DNA from: Antedon mediterranea
Lineage: Eukaryota > Animalia > Echinodermata
DNA length: 64,000 nucleotides
Reading direction: 5' to 3'
Assembly (NCBI RefSeq): GCF_964355755.1
Contig: NC_092678.1
Span: 22,337,365-22,401,364, forward strand
The notes beneath the pieces were generated by a model. That model did no database searches and had not been told where the DNA came from. It saw only the letters and a program-made list of their open reading frames with translations. The first letter of the stretch is position 1; every line of letters starts with the position of its first letter. The position numbers and the translations under genes were made by a program. This document shows, one piece after another, positions 49,289 through 63,026 of the stretch.

Positions 49289-49405
49289 AGCTCTGTCTAC
49301 ACTATCAAACTAGTTTGACATGGCCAAAATATGGTAGTGATATGACATCATCATGTTTCATAAATGTGCACATCACATGTCTTTATTACATAAAGTTTTA
49401 TAGAT
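49289..49405 (-). mobile_element. MITE family B (one TIR eroded)
   Basis: TTA + AGCTCTGTCTACACTATCAAACTAGTTTGACA...ATGGTAGTGATATGACATCATC. Confidence 0.78.
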
Positions 49406-51000
49406 GTTCTGAAAAGGTGAACCGAGAAATTCCAAATAAGGGATGAAGAGGGGGTGGGGGAGGAGGCTGTTCGGTACGTAGAATCTCTATTAAGGAAACA
49501 CCTTTGGAATTCAATACATTGTTTTTAAAGTTGATTGAAATTTTGATTGTTTTATAGTAAGATTTTTAAAAAATTTAGAGAGTATGTTTTTTTTTTTGCA
49601 GTATAGGAACATTGGTAAACATAATAATAATTTAATTTAAACACAGTAAAATAATTTAATATAGTTTAATTGTAGTCAATAAACTAGGACATTTATTGGT
49701 AATGGTACGATCTCCTTACCTTGATGAATCAAAATTTAGAGACCAAATCTCTTTTGTCCTTCTTTAATTAAGTAACCTTATTTGTGTGTTTTTCGTCATG
49801 CATATATTAAACAAAAATTTAGCGTAATAAATAATTTTTAATATATCATCAGTCAAAATATTAACAAAAATATTAATAACAAATATATAATGTACAGATA
49901 ATGGGAAAATAATTATTGATGTCTAGTAACTTAATATAGGTTATCCCTATAGATAATTAAAGAAATTGAAAGAGACCGATTCGTCATCATTTTGCGTTAA
50001 TCACACACAGACTAAGAGCACTCAGAGTAAGTGAAGATGCTTTGTTACGTGTCAAAGGTCAATATGCTCATCAATACACTAACAAAGAAGACGTTGGTAT
50101 TATTAGTATATTAATAGCACGCACTTGAACCACACCCATGTTGATTAATCAACGAGATGGGTTGATGACCGGTTAACGTGAGCGTCTATTGCGGGTATTT
50201 TCTTATAACTGATGCGATTCATTTTGGAATATAAATATATTTTCTTTGTTGACAATTTTTAAAGTAAAAATTATATTTTTTAATGTTATTTGATATCAAT
50301 AATCCTTCTGATAAAAACTTAAAATTTTAGATTCTCACAGTATCTATTTTGGAACATTTAATAATATGCTTTGATCCAACACAACCATAACCGACTCCTC
50401 GCGCTCTCATTTTCTTTAAGACCGACTAAAATTTAAATGTCCCAAATTTTGTGGGCTTAGTTAGTTATGTTTTAGAAGGCAATTTGACTTACATTGAAAA
50501 AAAATAACACACATAGTGTGTCATACCTATACTGCTGAATTAAAAAAAAATCAAAATACCTGCTGGTTACTTTTAAAAAGGAATTTAAATAAAAAGGCAA
50601 AAACTTGGGGAAATTGTCTAGGCTTAGGTGGTATTGTGCTATTATGGTAATCTGAACAAATCCCAATTTTTAATTTTCTCTCCATTACTGAAATCTTTTT
50701 TAATCACATAGATTTCTTGACTTGAAGTTCGCCCAGAAACAGGTTGACAGGAAGTGGTTCATCCCCTCTGGTGCCATCCCTAATCCCTATCTACTTTTAA
50801 TGACCACTGTGTTCTTTCAGTTAATAAACAGTAACAACAAGAATTGCTATAGTGGTTGTATTGACAAATATCTCCCTTAATTGTATTTCACTTAAGTCAA
50901 TACACATTAAGAATTTCCCTTGTATTCAGTTAGATAAGAACATTTTTAAATATCTAACACTGTTTTTTTCTTAAATGCAGCCGATTTTCGCTAGTGTATC

Positions 51001-51152
51001 CATTTCCATAGGAACATTTGGTAATACAACATCACATGTGTTTCACATGTATCTAGTATTAACCTACCCCTTTTTAACCTTATATGATACAGGCACAACA
51101 TGTGATATGAATGAGATGTTGTATTAATACCAAATATGATACTTCGGAAATA
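51001..51152. mobile_element. fold-back MITE (family D)
   Basis: ATTTGGTAATACAACATC...CACATGT arms inverted around a TAACCTACCCC...TAACCT spacer; related to 51949-52092. Confidence 0.5.
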
Positions 51153-51948
51153 GATAGTATGTGGAGACAGTACATGGGAATCGGGTGTTATAAGTAGAAT
51201 GATGAGTAGACCACTGGATATTACACCTAAATAACACAGGATTGTTTAATACAGTTCTTTTTTTGCCCCAAACTATAATAAGATGGGCTTATTATATGAC
51301 TGTCAGTATATAATAAGATGAGCATCCCCAAGGCGGTATAATACTTAAACAACTTGGTCTCTCTGTGAGGTGATTTGGTACTCTGGGCATTGTAGTATAT
51401 TTGTTTTGTAAAACCGTTACAACTACCTGGTAAAACGAAACAACCCAATTCATTAGATCAGAGTCAGTATAATTGTGAGGTATTGTCTTAGTTATCCATA
51501 GTCATGTGGTTGGTCTATACACCTGTGAGTCAAATGCTCTCTGTGAGGTTTATACACACAAAAAAAAAAATACATGGTGGGTATAGTCATCTATGTGGTT
51601 TGGCAGCATTGCAGCGGTTTGGAGAGCAATAGGCATTGTGAAATGCTGTAATAGTTATTTCATAACATCCACGCCAAAAATAACATATTGATGTGAACAG
51701 GCCATAGTTAAATTGAGTCATAAATTGTTGAGGTGTACCACATAGATCAAAATGAAAAAGATACTCTGATCTTAAAAATGAATCAATTGTTGTTCGCAAG
51801 GATAAATATTTGCACTCTATGGTACATAGCAACAAAACATTCTTTGTCAATTTCACATTAATAGTAGGCCTACCATCACAATATGGAGACACCCCTGGAG
51901 GACCACAGATCTTCCAATTCTTGGTGCTTTATCTCCACATATTTTTCA

Positions 51949-52092
51949 GTATCATAGGCGATTTCTGTAATACAGCATACCATGTGTATCACATGTGATG
52001 CCTGTATCATGGAAGGTTAGGTTAAGGGTCAGTTATGAGGCATCATCACATGTGAAAAACATGATGATGTATCACAGAATGTGCCTATGATA
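51949..52092. mobile_element. fold-back MITE (family D)
   Basis: TATCATAGGCGATTTCTGTAATACA...TGTATCACAGAATGTGCCTATGATA arms around AGGTTAGGTTAAGGGT. Confidence 0.6.
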
Positions 52093-52934
52093 TTATTTGA
52101 ATTTCAATACAGTTTAATTAGTGCAAAGATAATAATCATATTTATACTCAAATACCATACTTGCTCCAGAAGAAATAAGGTTAATTATTCAGAACTTTTG
52201 GGGTTGGTCACGCTAGGATTAAGGTATTATCTTTCAGTGGTGTTCAGCGCTGTTGGTAGAAATAACTAACATTAACAGCGTGATCACTGACCACGATGAT
52301 AACAGGGTTTGATTGATAAATCCATCTCAACCAATCAGAGGCTGTCTAGTGGCTGTATAACTTTGATATATGATTTGTACACAAGATGATTTCCTTAAAG
52401 CATATTTGTGTATAAATAATAATATTTTGAGAATCATATTTTATCGAGAATCATATGATAATATTATTAATGCTTTTTTTTATATCCCAAAGTTGATTTT
52501 GTTCTTGACGGTTAGTTCATCTGCTGTTATTTTAAGTAAAAATGATCGCGTAATAAATATCATTCAGATAAAGATTACATAAAAAAAGAGAATGACATTT
52601 ATTTGTTATCAGGAAACTGGATATTCAAACATTAATTACTGAACGTTATACCGAAATTAACGATCCAAAGCAAAATTGACGGTTTTTATTAAACCTTAAA
52701 GGATACAGTTACCGTATGATAGTGTTAAGTCTCATAGAAGCACATCTAGAAATGAAATAAAACTCCATCCAATTATAACGTGCATAGCAATGCTATAATA
52801 AATTACACAAACTTTATGATATGTTGTATACTGTGAATTTATAGACCTGTGCTCTCTGCCCTAATTCTGATCATTGGAAGAAACTTACCATACTATAGCT
52901 AATATAATGTTTAAATGCTCTTTTCTAAGTTCAA

Positions 52935-52985
52935 ATATAAGGTGCCCGACTTCTAAGACCACAGACGTAAGTTCAAATCCTATGT
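52935..52985 (+). mobile_element. tRNA-Arg(TCT)-like SINE head fragment
   Basis: ATAAGGTGCCCGACTTCTAAGACC...AAGTTCAAATCCT; sister fragment at 54150-54200. Confidence 0.5.
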
Positions 52986-54149
52986 GTGTGCATTTTTGTT
53001 CTCACAATTTATTGCAACACCTGTCTGGTATCATATACATACAAATGCCAACATCTGAAGGGAGGTGGTGTTTTTGTTGTTGTCAATAGCATCCTTTAAC
53101 TATTTATCGAGATAATCGCGTGATGGCTATGTGAAGGGATCCCTTTTCCGTTCAGAAAAAAATTAAAAAATTATGGTTGTACAATGAATAAATATCGTAA
53201 ATTTGCTTGTGTATAAACCTTTTTGGTAAATTTTAATGCAGAAAACAACACATTATTAAAATTCAGTTGTCTTTATAATCCAGGCGAAAATGTGGAAAAC
53301 CAGGAGCACGATGTCAGGCCGGGAGACGAATCTAAAACATGGAAGTCTCTCGACCAAAACGGGAGTGTTGGCATGTATTCAAAGATATTGCTAATATGGA
53401 TTTTGCCCTTATTATATGATCAATGGACATTTTCTAGTACAGTACTATTAAGTTTATATCGTTATATTTTGACACAGAGAAATACAGTATGCATGATTGC
53501 TTATGTATTGTGCTGTAACACCCAAGAGAGATTGTAAAGGAAGAAATTAGCCATAACTGTCAAAAGTCCTTGCCAATATTACTGTCATAAATTTTCTGTA
53601 TTACGAAGAAATGTTTTTAGAAAACCAAATAGGTTATATTTTTAAACATGCAGAAAGATATACGACATGGACTTAACATTATAAGATATAGTAACGGACG
53701 GACGTAGTATGAGTTGTTTTCTTTCATTGTAGAATTTGTGTTTTTATTTTTACAAATACTCCCGATTTATTTGACCTTGCAACATATATTGTATTCACCA
53801 ATATTTATATAAGATTTTGTTTATTTATTCTTTATACTGTATACTGTTTTTAAAGTTTCGAGAAAATAAACACAATTAAAGTAAAACAAATAATAAAAAT
53901 CAATAAAATAAAAATATTAAAAGTAATTATTTTATTAAATTAAGAGCATAAAATGGACATAAAACAATGTTAAATAAATATTAATAACTGGTACTTGATA
54001 GTTCCATTAGGAACTGGATAGGCTACCCTCAGTAAATATGGTAATAAATAAATAAATAAATAGCGCAAGTTAAGTGGCTCCAAAATGCGATAATAAATTG
54101 GTATATTTGGCCTAATAATTAGTTTAAAAGTTATTATTATTATTATTAG

Positions 54150-54200
54150 TTATAAGGTGCTCGGCTTCTAAGACCAGAGTTGTCAAGTTCAAATCCTGCC
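54150..54200 (+). mobile_element. tRNA-Arg(TCT)-like SINE head fragment
   Basis: ATAAGGTGCTCGGCTTCTAAGACCAGAG...AAGTTCAAATCCTG; 5' part missing. Confidence 0.5.
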
Positions 54201-54814
54201 ATGTTGTACGTGCACTATAGTAAAAAAACACAACACAAATTTGTTTGAGTTTTAAAAATATTTTCTCAGTAAGTTGAAAGTGACTTTCATTTTATGTGAC
54301 TTAATCCCTTCTTTGTATGGCTTGATTGTTGATTTTTTTCATTCATCTTTCATTTGTATTTGTTTAATCTGCAAAGAAGGCTGCGGTAAATTCCAAGTAA
54401 ATTGTGTCACATTTTAAAATCTTTTTTTAAAAGAATATAATTAATTCTCAATTTTAAAGAAAACAAAATATCAAATGGCCATTTTAAAAATAATCATTTT
54501 AATCGTAATTTTTTAATTACAATTAAAACTTCATTGACCTTTTGAGTCTGTCAATTTTAAATGCTTTATTTATTCTTTATTTCAAAAGCTTTAAATATTG
54601 CAAAAGTTAGATATAATTTCCAAACTGTTGCGGGAAGATCACTGAAAATGATAATGCAAAAGATTAGGTTCAGGATTTTTTTTTTAGAATATTCATAGGC
54701 CGCTGGGCCTCACTTAAGTGAGATATTTTCCTTTAAATTGTATTGACTTAGATTTTTCTAAATTTTAAGTGTGTTTCCCTTAGCCCAAGTGTGAATATGG
54801 CCACTGATCTAAAA

Positions 54815-54948
54815 AACCTAGATGCGCGACTGAAGGTACGTGCTTACTTGGACTCGCTTATGACTAGACTAAGTATGGCGTAACCTAGATGCGCGACTGG
54901 AGGTACGTGCTTACTTGGACTCGCTTATGACTAGACTAAGTATGGTGT
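54815..54948. repeat. near-identical 67-bp tandem dimer
   Basis: AACCTAGATGCGCGACTG(A/G)AGGTACGTGCTTACTTGGACTCGCTTATGACTAGACTAAGTATGG at 54815 and 54882. Confidence 0.92.
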
Positions 54949-56488
54949 GAACACTGTAAACTATGAATCAAATTTATAAAACAGACAGAATTACATATAT
55001 TTATTTTTGATAATTGAATTGTAGTAGGATACAGTTAATCAACTAATTTTTAAAACAGACAGAAGTACATACTGTAGGAGGTATTTATTTTTTGGAACTG
55101 TTATGAATAAACTTAGTATAGTTAATCAACATACACTGATTGCTAAAAACAAGCTTTGCAGTAATATATTGGAACCTACAGTCAGAAGCACAGTATTTTT
55201 TTGAACTGTTATTATTAAACTGTTATATATATATATTTATTTTTAATTGAACTGTAGTAGTAGGCTATAGTTAATCAACATACACCGATTGCTATAAACA
55301 TAATAGGCTTTGCAGTAGTATATTAAAACCTACCTATATTTAACTACTTAAAAAGGGATTCATCTCGTTAAGCATGGCCTTCTCTATTCAAGAATCCCTA
55401 GAAGACAATGTTTAACTAAGAACGACCTTTTCTATTGAGAAGTAACGGATCACACACCCACGTGTGAATTGTGAATAGTATGTGGGCGTGTTAGCTATAC
55501 ACGCGTGCTTACAAATCTTCTATCCCGAACAATGAGTACTAATCATTGTAGATCTTCTCTGCAGATTTCTGTTTTTACCAATGTCATTTCCTTTTACAAT
55601 AATGAGACTTTAAATATCTTATGTAAACTGAGTATTACAGTGCGTAACACATTATTCAGTGGGTACTAATCGTTGTAGAGCACACCTTTTTAGGACCGCA
55701 AGAAAATATAAAAAAAGTGACTAATCACAAGGACAATTCTCATTTTGTTTCTTTTAGGTTTTGTATGACCTCTAAATTTAATTTTGAAAAGTTTGTGAAT
55801 TTTAATGTGTACATGTATAGTAGCTTCCTTTTCCCTAACTTCCAACATGAAAAAACACCATTTTAGCAATTTTGTTTAGACAGCCCCAAAGGCCCCGTTT
55901 CTGCTGCCAAAAATATACCGTATATATACGGTATATTTTATATACGGTATATTTTTTGGCAGCAGAAATGGGTCTCATAAAAAATATACCGTATATATTT
56001 GCGGTATATATACTGCATAAATATCCCCATCGTTTGTGGATATTATACGGTATATTCCAAAATATACCGTATATTTTGTTCCCCGTTTCTGCTGCACTCA
56101 AAATATACCGTAAATGTGACCCGACTCATGACACGAGGTCAAAAACTAACAGAGCGCGACGCGTTTGTTTTGGTTTTTCTGCTGCATTGAAAGTTGAAAA
56201 ACACGTGTAAAAGCAAGCAACAGATCAAAATGTCACTGTGGACCGAACAAATCACTATTTTTGCAATTCAATTGTGGGGGGAAGCGAAAGTTGGGGGGAG
56301 ACTGCATGGCAACAGAAGAGATACCGAGATTTTAATTACAATAAATCGAATGTTCTTACACGACAACAGGGAGTCTAATAACAACTCCCTGACGACAACA
56401 ACGTGATGTAAAATCATGGTAAAATACTGGAAAAATGGAAATTAAAACGGCAATATAGGATAATATAGCATAATATAAACTCAATTTG

Positions 56489-59400
56489 AACTAGACATGA
56501 AACTCGTCACTTTGACGAGTTAGTTATCCGCACGACAGATGCCACGTGCACGTCATACGTTAAAAACTATAATAAGAGGTGGTCCTGTATTTTCGCCTTG
56601 TATTATAATTATACAGTACACTGTGTATAAAAGGAGACATTAATTCTACATGATACAGAGGGCGGCAAACAACAATTTGCTCACATCAGAGACTATGCTG
56701 GTGTACATTGTACTACTGTATATTATATGACATATTAACTGAATTATGGGACCTGCCTTTAATTCAAATATTTAACATGATGATGTCATAAAAAAAAACA
56801 ACACAACGATAGCAATTTCTGAAGAAAATTATCTTAGCAACAACATATTAACGTGTAGAAGAAATTTGAATACGTAAAATGTTGGTGCGCGCACATTTAA
56901 ATGTGATGAACTATTACGCAAAATATGAAAATACGACTTTTTTTATTCAACTGGCAATATGATAACGTCACAACATCCGATTGGCAAAATGTTTACATGA
57001 ATTCGTATCTACAATCCTATAGCTTCCAGAAAACGTTTTAATCGTGATTATCACATTTTATTCTTACGAGCTATTACAGATTAAAATTTACTGTAAAGAT
57101 GAAATTAATGACCCACGTAATTAAAATTTTTAGGCATGATGACGTTATAAAAATGTAAATATTTTTTTCTCATGCTAAAGAAAGTTGATTGACCTAGACA
57201 ATATATAAATATAGGAGAAAAAGGAATACAGATAAGCGTGATGCGCTCCATTGAATGTGATGAGCAATAACGAAACAGACAAAAATCCTATATTTTACAT
57301 TCGTGTGGCCATACGATTACGTCACAATGTTTTTTTAGCCTTATCGATGCATGATCCGATATCTGCAACTCATCAACTTCTAGATTTTGTAATAAAAATA
57401 AACGGTTCACGGTTTACTTTAGAAACTATGACTGTTTAAAAAAAGACATTATTTTGATGATTTTTTAAGCTTTTTCATAAAAAACGCGCACAAATTGTCT
57501 AATTCAACGTGTTCGTATGGCGTTATTTAAACTGGAAAAGTTCTAAATTGTTTTCAAAATTACTAGGAAAGGCTTGAAAAATATAATTCAAGAGAAAAAA
57601 ATATGTTTTTATCGCTACGTGCGCACCGCGTGCGTAAAAAATTGCGCGCCCGTGGGAATTTTTGACATGCTCAAAATGACATGAAACGCGTAAAAAGTTG
57701 ATTAGAAATTAATTTTGCGCATTTTGAAATTTTAAATGCGCGTGCGCGCGTAACTTCTTGTGAAACATGCCATTTTTAATCCGTAGAAAGTTTGCCCCTG
57801 ATATGACTTAAATTTTGTCAAAGTGTCAATACTAAATGACTTTTGGTTTTTAATCTATGATCAATCATTGAAATTCATAAAATTGCGCGTAAGTCACGTT
57901 GCGCAACTATGACGTCATTCAAAAATAGGAGGTGCACAACTTCACGTAAATGCCCATATGTTGTCAAAGTTATGAAATGTTATGTTTACACATTTTAGAG
58001 AAACGCGACTCACAAAAAGGAAGGAAGGAAAGAAGAACTAGACATGAAACTCGTCACTTTGACGAGTTAGTTATCCGCACGACAAACGCCACGTGCACGT
58101 CATACGTTGGAATATTGCATTGCACACCGAAAAAGATTATGTCATTATGACCTGAACTGAAGAATATGATATGTTGTTAGTGCTGAATGCTGTATATTTT
58201 CTGTCATATAGTATACACAGTATAATCTGTATACATGTCACAAACAGTGTAAAATAGGTGAAATTACGGGACCCGTATTTTATTTTAATTTTCAAAAGGA
58301 AACGCGAAGGTACAGTAGTAATTTCGGAAGAAAATTATCTCAGCAACAACATATTAACGTTTAGAAGAAATTAGAATACGTGAAATATTAATGCGCGCTT
58401 TTTTAAATGTAATGAACTATGACGCAAAAGATGAAAATATGACTTTGTTTATTTAACTGGCCATATGATGACGTCACAACATCTGATTGGCGAAAAGTTC
58501 ACATGATTTCGTATCTACAATCCCATAGCTTCCTGAAAACGTTTTAATCGTGATTATCACATTTTATTCTTACGAGCTATAACAGATTAAAATTTACTGT
58601 AAAGATGAAATTAATGACGCTGTTAATTAAAATTTTTAGGCATGGTGACGTCATAAAAATTAAAATATTTTTAACTCATGCGTAAGATAGTTGATTGACC
58701 TAGACAATATTAAAATCTCAGAGAAAAAGGAATACAGATAGGCGTAATGCGCTCCATTGAATATGATGAGCAATAACGAAAGAGACAAAAATCCTATATT
58801 TTACATTCGTGTGGCCATACGATGACGTCACAATGTCCGGTTAGCCATATTGATTCATGATCCGATTTCTACAACTCATCAACTTCCAGAATATGTAATT
58901 AAAAAAAAGTTCACCTCGTTGTTTAGAATCTATGACTGTTTAAAAAAAGGCATAATTTTGACAAATTTTTTAACTTTTTCATCAAAAACGCACGTAAAGT
59001 ATCCAATTCAACGTGCCCGTATGACGTAATTGTAAGTCGAAATTGTTTTAAAATTGGTAAAATTACTATAAAAGGCTGGAAAAACATAATTCAATAAAAA
59101 AAAAATACTTTTAGCGCTACGTGCGCACCACGCGCATAAAATTGTTCGCGCACGTGGGAAATTTTGACATGGTCAAAATGTCATAATCAGCGTAGAAAGT
59201 TGATTAAAAATTAATTTTGCGCATTTTGAATTTTAAATGCGCGTGCGCGCGTAACTTTGTGTAAAACACGCAATTTTTTTTCCACAGAAAGTTAGCGCAT
59301 GATATAAATTAAAATTTTGCTAAGTTTCAATTTAAATTGTTATATGGTTTTAAATCTATGTTAAATACGCGAAATTCATAAAATCATGCGTAAGTCACGT

Positions 59401-59971
59401 TGCGCATTTCTGACGTCATTCACAATAGGAGGTGCACAACTTCACGTGAATGCCCATATGTTGACAAAGTTATGAAATGTTATGTTTACACGTTTTTGAG
59501 ATACGCGAGATACAAAAAGAGAGGAGAAATGCGCGTGCGCGCGTAACGTCTTGTAAAACATGGCATTTTTAATCCACAAAAAGTTTGCCCTTGATATGAC
59601 TTAAATTTTCACAAAGTGTCAAAACAAATTTATGCTTGGTTTTTAGTCTATGATCAATCATAAAAAATCATAAAATCGCACGTAAGTCACGTTGCGCAAC
59701 TCTGACGTCATTCAAAAATAGGAGGTGCACAACTTCACGTAAATGCCCATATGTTGACAAAGTTATGAAATGTTTAGTTTACAAGTTTTTGAGATACGTG
59801 AGGCACAAAAATGGAGGAGAAAGAAATAAGAAAAAAAAAAAAAAAAAGTAACAGGACGATTACAAGAAGTTATCCGCTACTAAGCGGATAACTAATAATA
59901 CAGAAAAAAAATGTTGATCTCGTACAATAACAAGGAGTTATCCGCTTGGTATACCAAGCGGATAACTAATA
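56489..59971 (-). mobile_element. Helentron-associated non-autonomous element (HINE/DINE-1-like), outer copy
   Basis: On the minus strand: 5' sub-TIR plus inverted repeat (AGTTATCCGCTTGGTATACCAAGCGGATAACT, 59936-59967), pyrimidine-rich microsatellite, 3' sub-TIR GCGGATAACT, stem-loop AACTCGTCA-AAG-TGACGAGTT, terminal CTAGTT; TT target, no TSD. Confidence 0.78.
58036..59897 (-). mobile_element. HINE, inner copy of the same family
   Basis: The AACTAGACATGAAACTCGTCACTTTGACGAGTTAGTTATCCGCACGACA end is identical to 56489; own hairpin AGTTATCCGCTACTAAGCGGATAACT at 59868-59893; body colinear with 56810-58020. Confidence 0.8.
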
Positions 59972-60465
59972 ACAGAGTTTATTTATAGTGACATTTCTAG
60001 ATTGTGCTTGTATGTGCGGTGTAAATTCGTTGCCACTTCTGCTCATTAGATTTAAAATAGAAAGCAATGCTACGACGTTTTGAGAAACCATCATTGTTTT
60101 GTTTTTGTCAGCATGTACCGGTAGGTAAAAACCTCACTACACGAGGTCAATCCATACTTCCGTCTCACGAAATGCATTTTGGGTAATGAAAGCCAACTTT
60201 TTTACAACCCACCCACGAAGTATGTGCAGCGGAAACGGTGCACGAATTTCATATACGGTATATATACGGTATATTTATACGGTATATTTATACGGTATAT
60301 TTTGGGTTGGCAGCAGAAACGGGCCCAAAGACAATTGAGATACATAAAAATATATTTGTCGAGAATTGACTGAATACACACAATACATAGGCCTAGGTAA
60401 TATAATCAATTGACAAATGATGTTACATAACATTGTAGGCCTATTATTTCTTTATCATTACATAC

Positions 60466-61035
60466 CAGGCCCGTATCCAGGGGGAGGGGGGGTGCGTTGG
60501 GTCCAAGTCCCAAAAGGTCCACTATTTCCTCGGTTGGTATTTTTTCTTGTCTTGTTTAACTAAAGACAATATCATTATATATATACAAAATTTACATTAT
60601 CAATGGTATACAAACAAAAATACGTTAATATAAAATGAAAAAATACCGGTAATTAAATTACTACAAACTCGATGTAAAACATGCGGAGTCGATCATGTGA
60701 CGATAAGCAATAGCTTAGCGCTTCATGTACGCGGTACGCGGCAAAGTGTTTGCTGGAAATACAGACAACCGGCGGTAAAGACGTGTTTGGAAATACAGAC
60801 ACTATCGAATACGGCGCCTAAACATGGAAGGAAGGCCAACTCAGACAGCGTTGTACGACGCTGTCTGAGTTGGCCTTTAAACATCATGAAAGCGTTAAGT
60901 TCTGGTGTCCATCGTTCAACTAGCCCAAGCCACAACAAAGAGTCTTAAATCAGTCTTTAGAACGTCAAATAACGCAAATTTTGATGACCTGACCCCCTCC
61001 CCCCCCCCCCATTATAAATGCTGGATACGGGCCTG
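60466..61035. mobile_element. hAT-like non-autonomous element
   Basis: Perfect 15-bp TIR CAGGCCCGTATCCAG/CTGGATACGGGCCTG with internal G- and C-tracts; flanks CATAC/CAAAT match only partly. Confidence 0.8.
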
Positions 61036-61769
61036 CAAATCTATTTATTTGTAGGTGTTTGTTCTCTCAAAATGTTTACTATGACGTCATTGATACCTTT
61101 GACCTACTTATAATGAAAACCACTGTGCCACAGTACCACAATGTGCCAATGTGCACATACAAAAATAACAATTATGTTATTTACATGTGTTTATTTCTAT
61201 AATTCTTGGCACACAGCCAACATAGGATGTGCTGCATACAATTGCAAACCAATGAAAATAGTTTTTATGATTTCATATAGTTTGCTAGTATTTGTAACTG
61301 AAGAGGGCAATATTATAACAGATTTATGTTGCCTGATAGAAGTTTGTGATTTGATAATAGGCCTACTCTGCACTGTAAATGTAGGCCTACTCTGCACTGT
61401 TAATAAAGCCATTATTCTCATCTACAAACTGCTTTTAGACCAATTGGTATGTAAATAGGAAGACTTACTCAGATTAAATGTACAGTGTGTTAATCTGAGA
61501 CATAAAATCTATATCCTCCCACACCATAAACCATCTCTTAATCCAATTCTGTCTTAAATTAATATCTAGTCACAGGTAGCATATAAACACCATTTGTATG
61601 TTTTTTGTATAGGCAATAATTGGTAGATTTTTTAAGGTAATGTTGTATTAATGAACAGTACAAGATATTAGTTAGTGTACAATCATGTCAAAAATTGGCT
61701 TCACTCCTGGAATCTTTTCCTGATCAAGGCAATGTAATCTACTACCTGTAGGTGGATTACCACTACATG

Positions 61770-61840
61770 ACAATCCTTCCTTTGGGTCATCCCTATTCAG
61801 GGAACATTTTAATGTTGTCCCCTTAATAGAGGTCCTACTG
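61770..61840. mobile_element. MITE family C fragment
   Basis: CCCTATTCAGGGAACA...TGTCCCCTTAATAGAGGTCCTACTG + TA. Confidence 0.6.
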
Positions 61841-61846
61841 TATTAC

Positions 61847-62094
61847 TTACACTATCAAACTTTATGTGATGATGTCATATCACTACCATATTTGAGCACA
61901 TCCCATTTTTTTGATTAAGCTCTATCTAACTATCAGATCATATTACTAGTTTGAAAAAGTGTGATGTGCCCAAATATGGTAGTAATAGGCCCAAATTATG
62001 GTAGTGATATGACATTATCATGTCCATATATATATCACATATTTTTTGTCACATAAAGTTTTGTCACATAAAGTTTGATAGTGTAGACAGAGTT
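61847..62094. mobile_element. two adjacent family B MITE copies in opposite orientation (61847-61913 +, 61918-62094 -)
   Basis: ACACTATCAAACTTTATGTGA...CACTACCATATTTG, then AGCTCTATCT...TTTGATAGTGTAGACAGAG. Confidence 0.78.
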
Positions 62095-62735
62095 TAAACA
62101 ACAGGGATTAAAATTAGGTTTACTTTTTCCAATTTGTAATTATACTATTATAAGTTTAGAAACAAGTCTACCTTAACATGGCGTACAATTAGAATAATCA
62201 ATTTCATCTAGAAATAATTTCTTTTGTAACGATTTGCATGGATAAGTGAAGAAGTTAATTGATTTCAATTAGATATTGACATTTTTAGAAAATTATTCTC
62301 AATTACCCGAGTTCAAAGACGTGTTAACGGAAATGAGGAACAATACGTTTTATTGTATGTCGCTTATAACAAGTTTGTCGAACCTGGTAGTTTCTGTGAC
62401 AGCATCGATTATCTGATCACGAACCAATAGATGAGACTACAAATAATTCATGAAATTATATTAATAGTATCTATAGATTGTCTTGTTAATGATCAGGAAA
62501 TTTTACAATTTTTAGTATTGACCTAAAAAAACGCTTTTGTATTTTGCTATGATTGATCAATAACTCAATCTCATCTAAATATTAGCCTTGATATTACAAT
62601 ATTAGACCAACGGAAATACATCACTGTGGATGATTGAGTTACAATCCTACCTTCTAATTTAGTATAAATTTAGGTTAAATTGGTCAATTCCAATATGCTT
62701 AATGTGGCCAATCTAACCAAGTCTAGTCTAATTAA

Positions 62736-62873
62736 AGTTGGTTCCAATTGGATGTAATAGGAAGTAATTTGACCAATCATGACTTTATGAGTCATCCAAC
62801 TGTGGCTTGTGATTGGTCAACTCACTTTGGTTGCATCTATGTTTTTGCGTTGCGTTCAAATGGGAACCAAACT
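62736..62873. mobile_element. MITE family A (CpG-decayed)
   Basis: AGTTGGTTCCAATTG...CAAATGGGAACCAAACT; TAA on both sides. Confidence 0.75.
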
Positions 62874-62876
62874 TAA

Positions 62877-63026
62877 AGCTCTGTCTACACTATCAAACTT
62901 TATGCGACAAAAAAATGTGATGTGCCCATATATGGACACGATGAAATCATATCAATACCATATTTGTGCATATCACTACCATATTTGGGCACATTTTTTG
63001 TCGAGTTTGATAATGTAGGCATAGCT
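62877..63026 (+). mobile_element. MITE family B
   Basis: AGCTCTGTCTACACTATCAAACT...AGTTTGATAATGTAGGCATAGCT; TAA at 62874-62876 and 63027-63029. Confidence 0.85.

Larger units (their letters stand above)
55891..60326. mobile_element. Harbinger-like non-autonomous TIR element (~950 bp of its own sequence) hosting nested HINEs
   Basis: GGCCCCGTTTCTGCTGCCAA...TTGGCAGCAGAAACGGGCCC; AAA on both flanks; subterminal AAAATATACCGTATA repeats at both ends; extra inverted TIR copy at ~55950-55975. Confidence 0.78.

Noticed and set aside
55835-56406. Short overlapping ORFs at the left end of the TIR element
   Set aside because: They arise from palindromic subterminal repeats; no transposase motifs.
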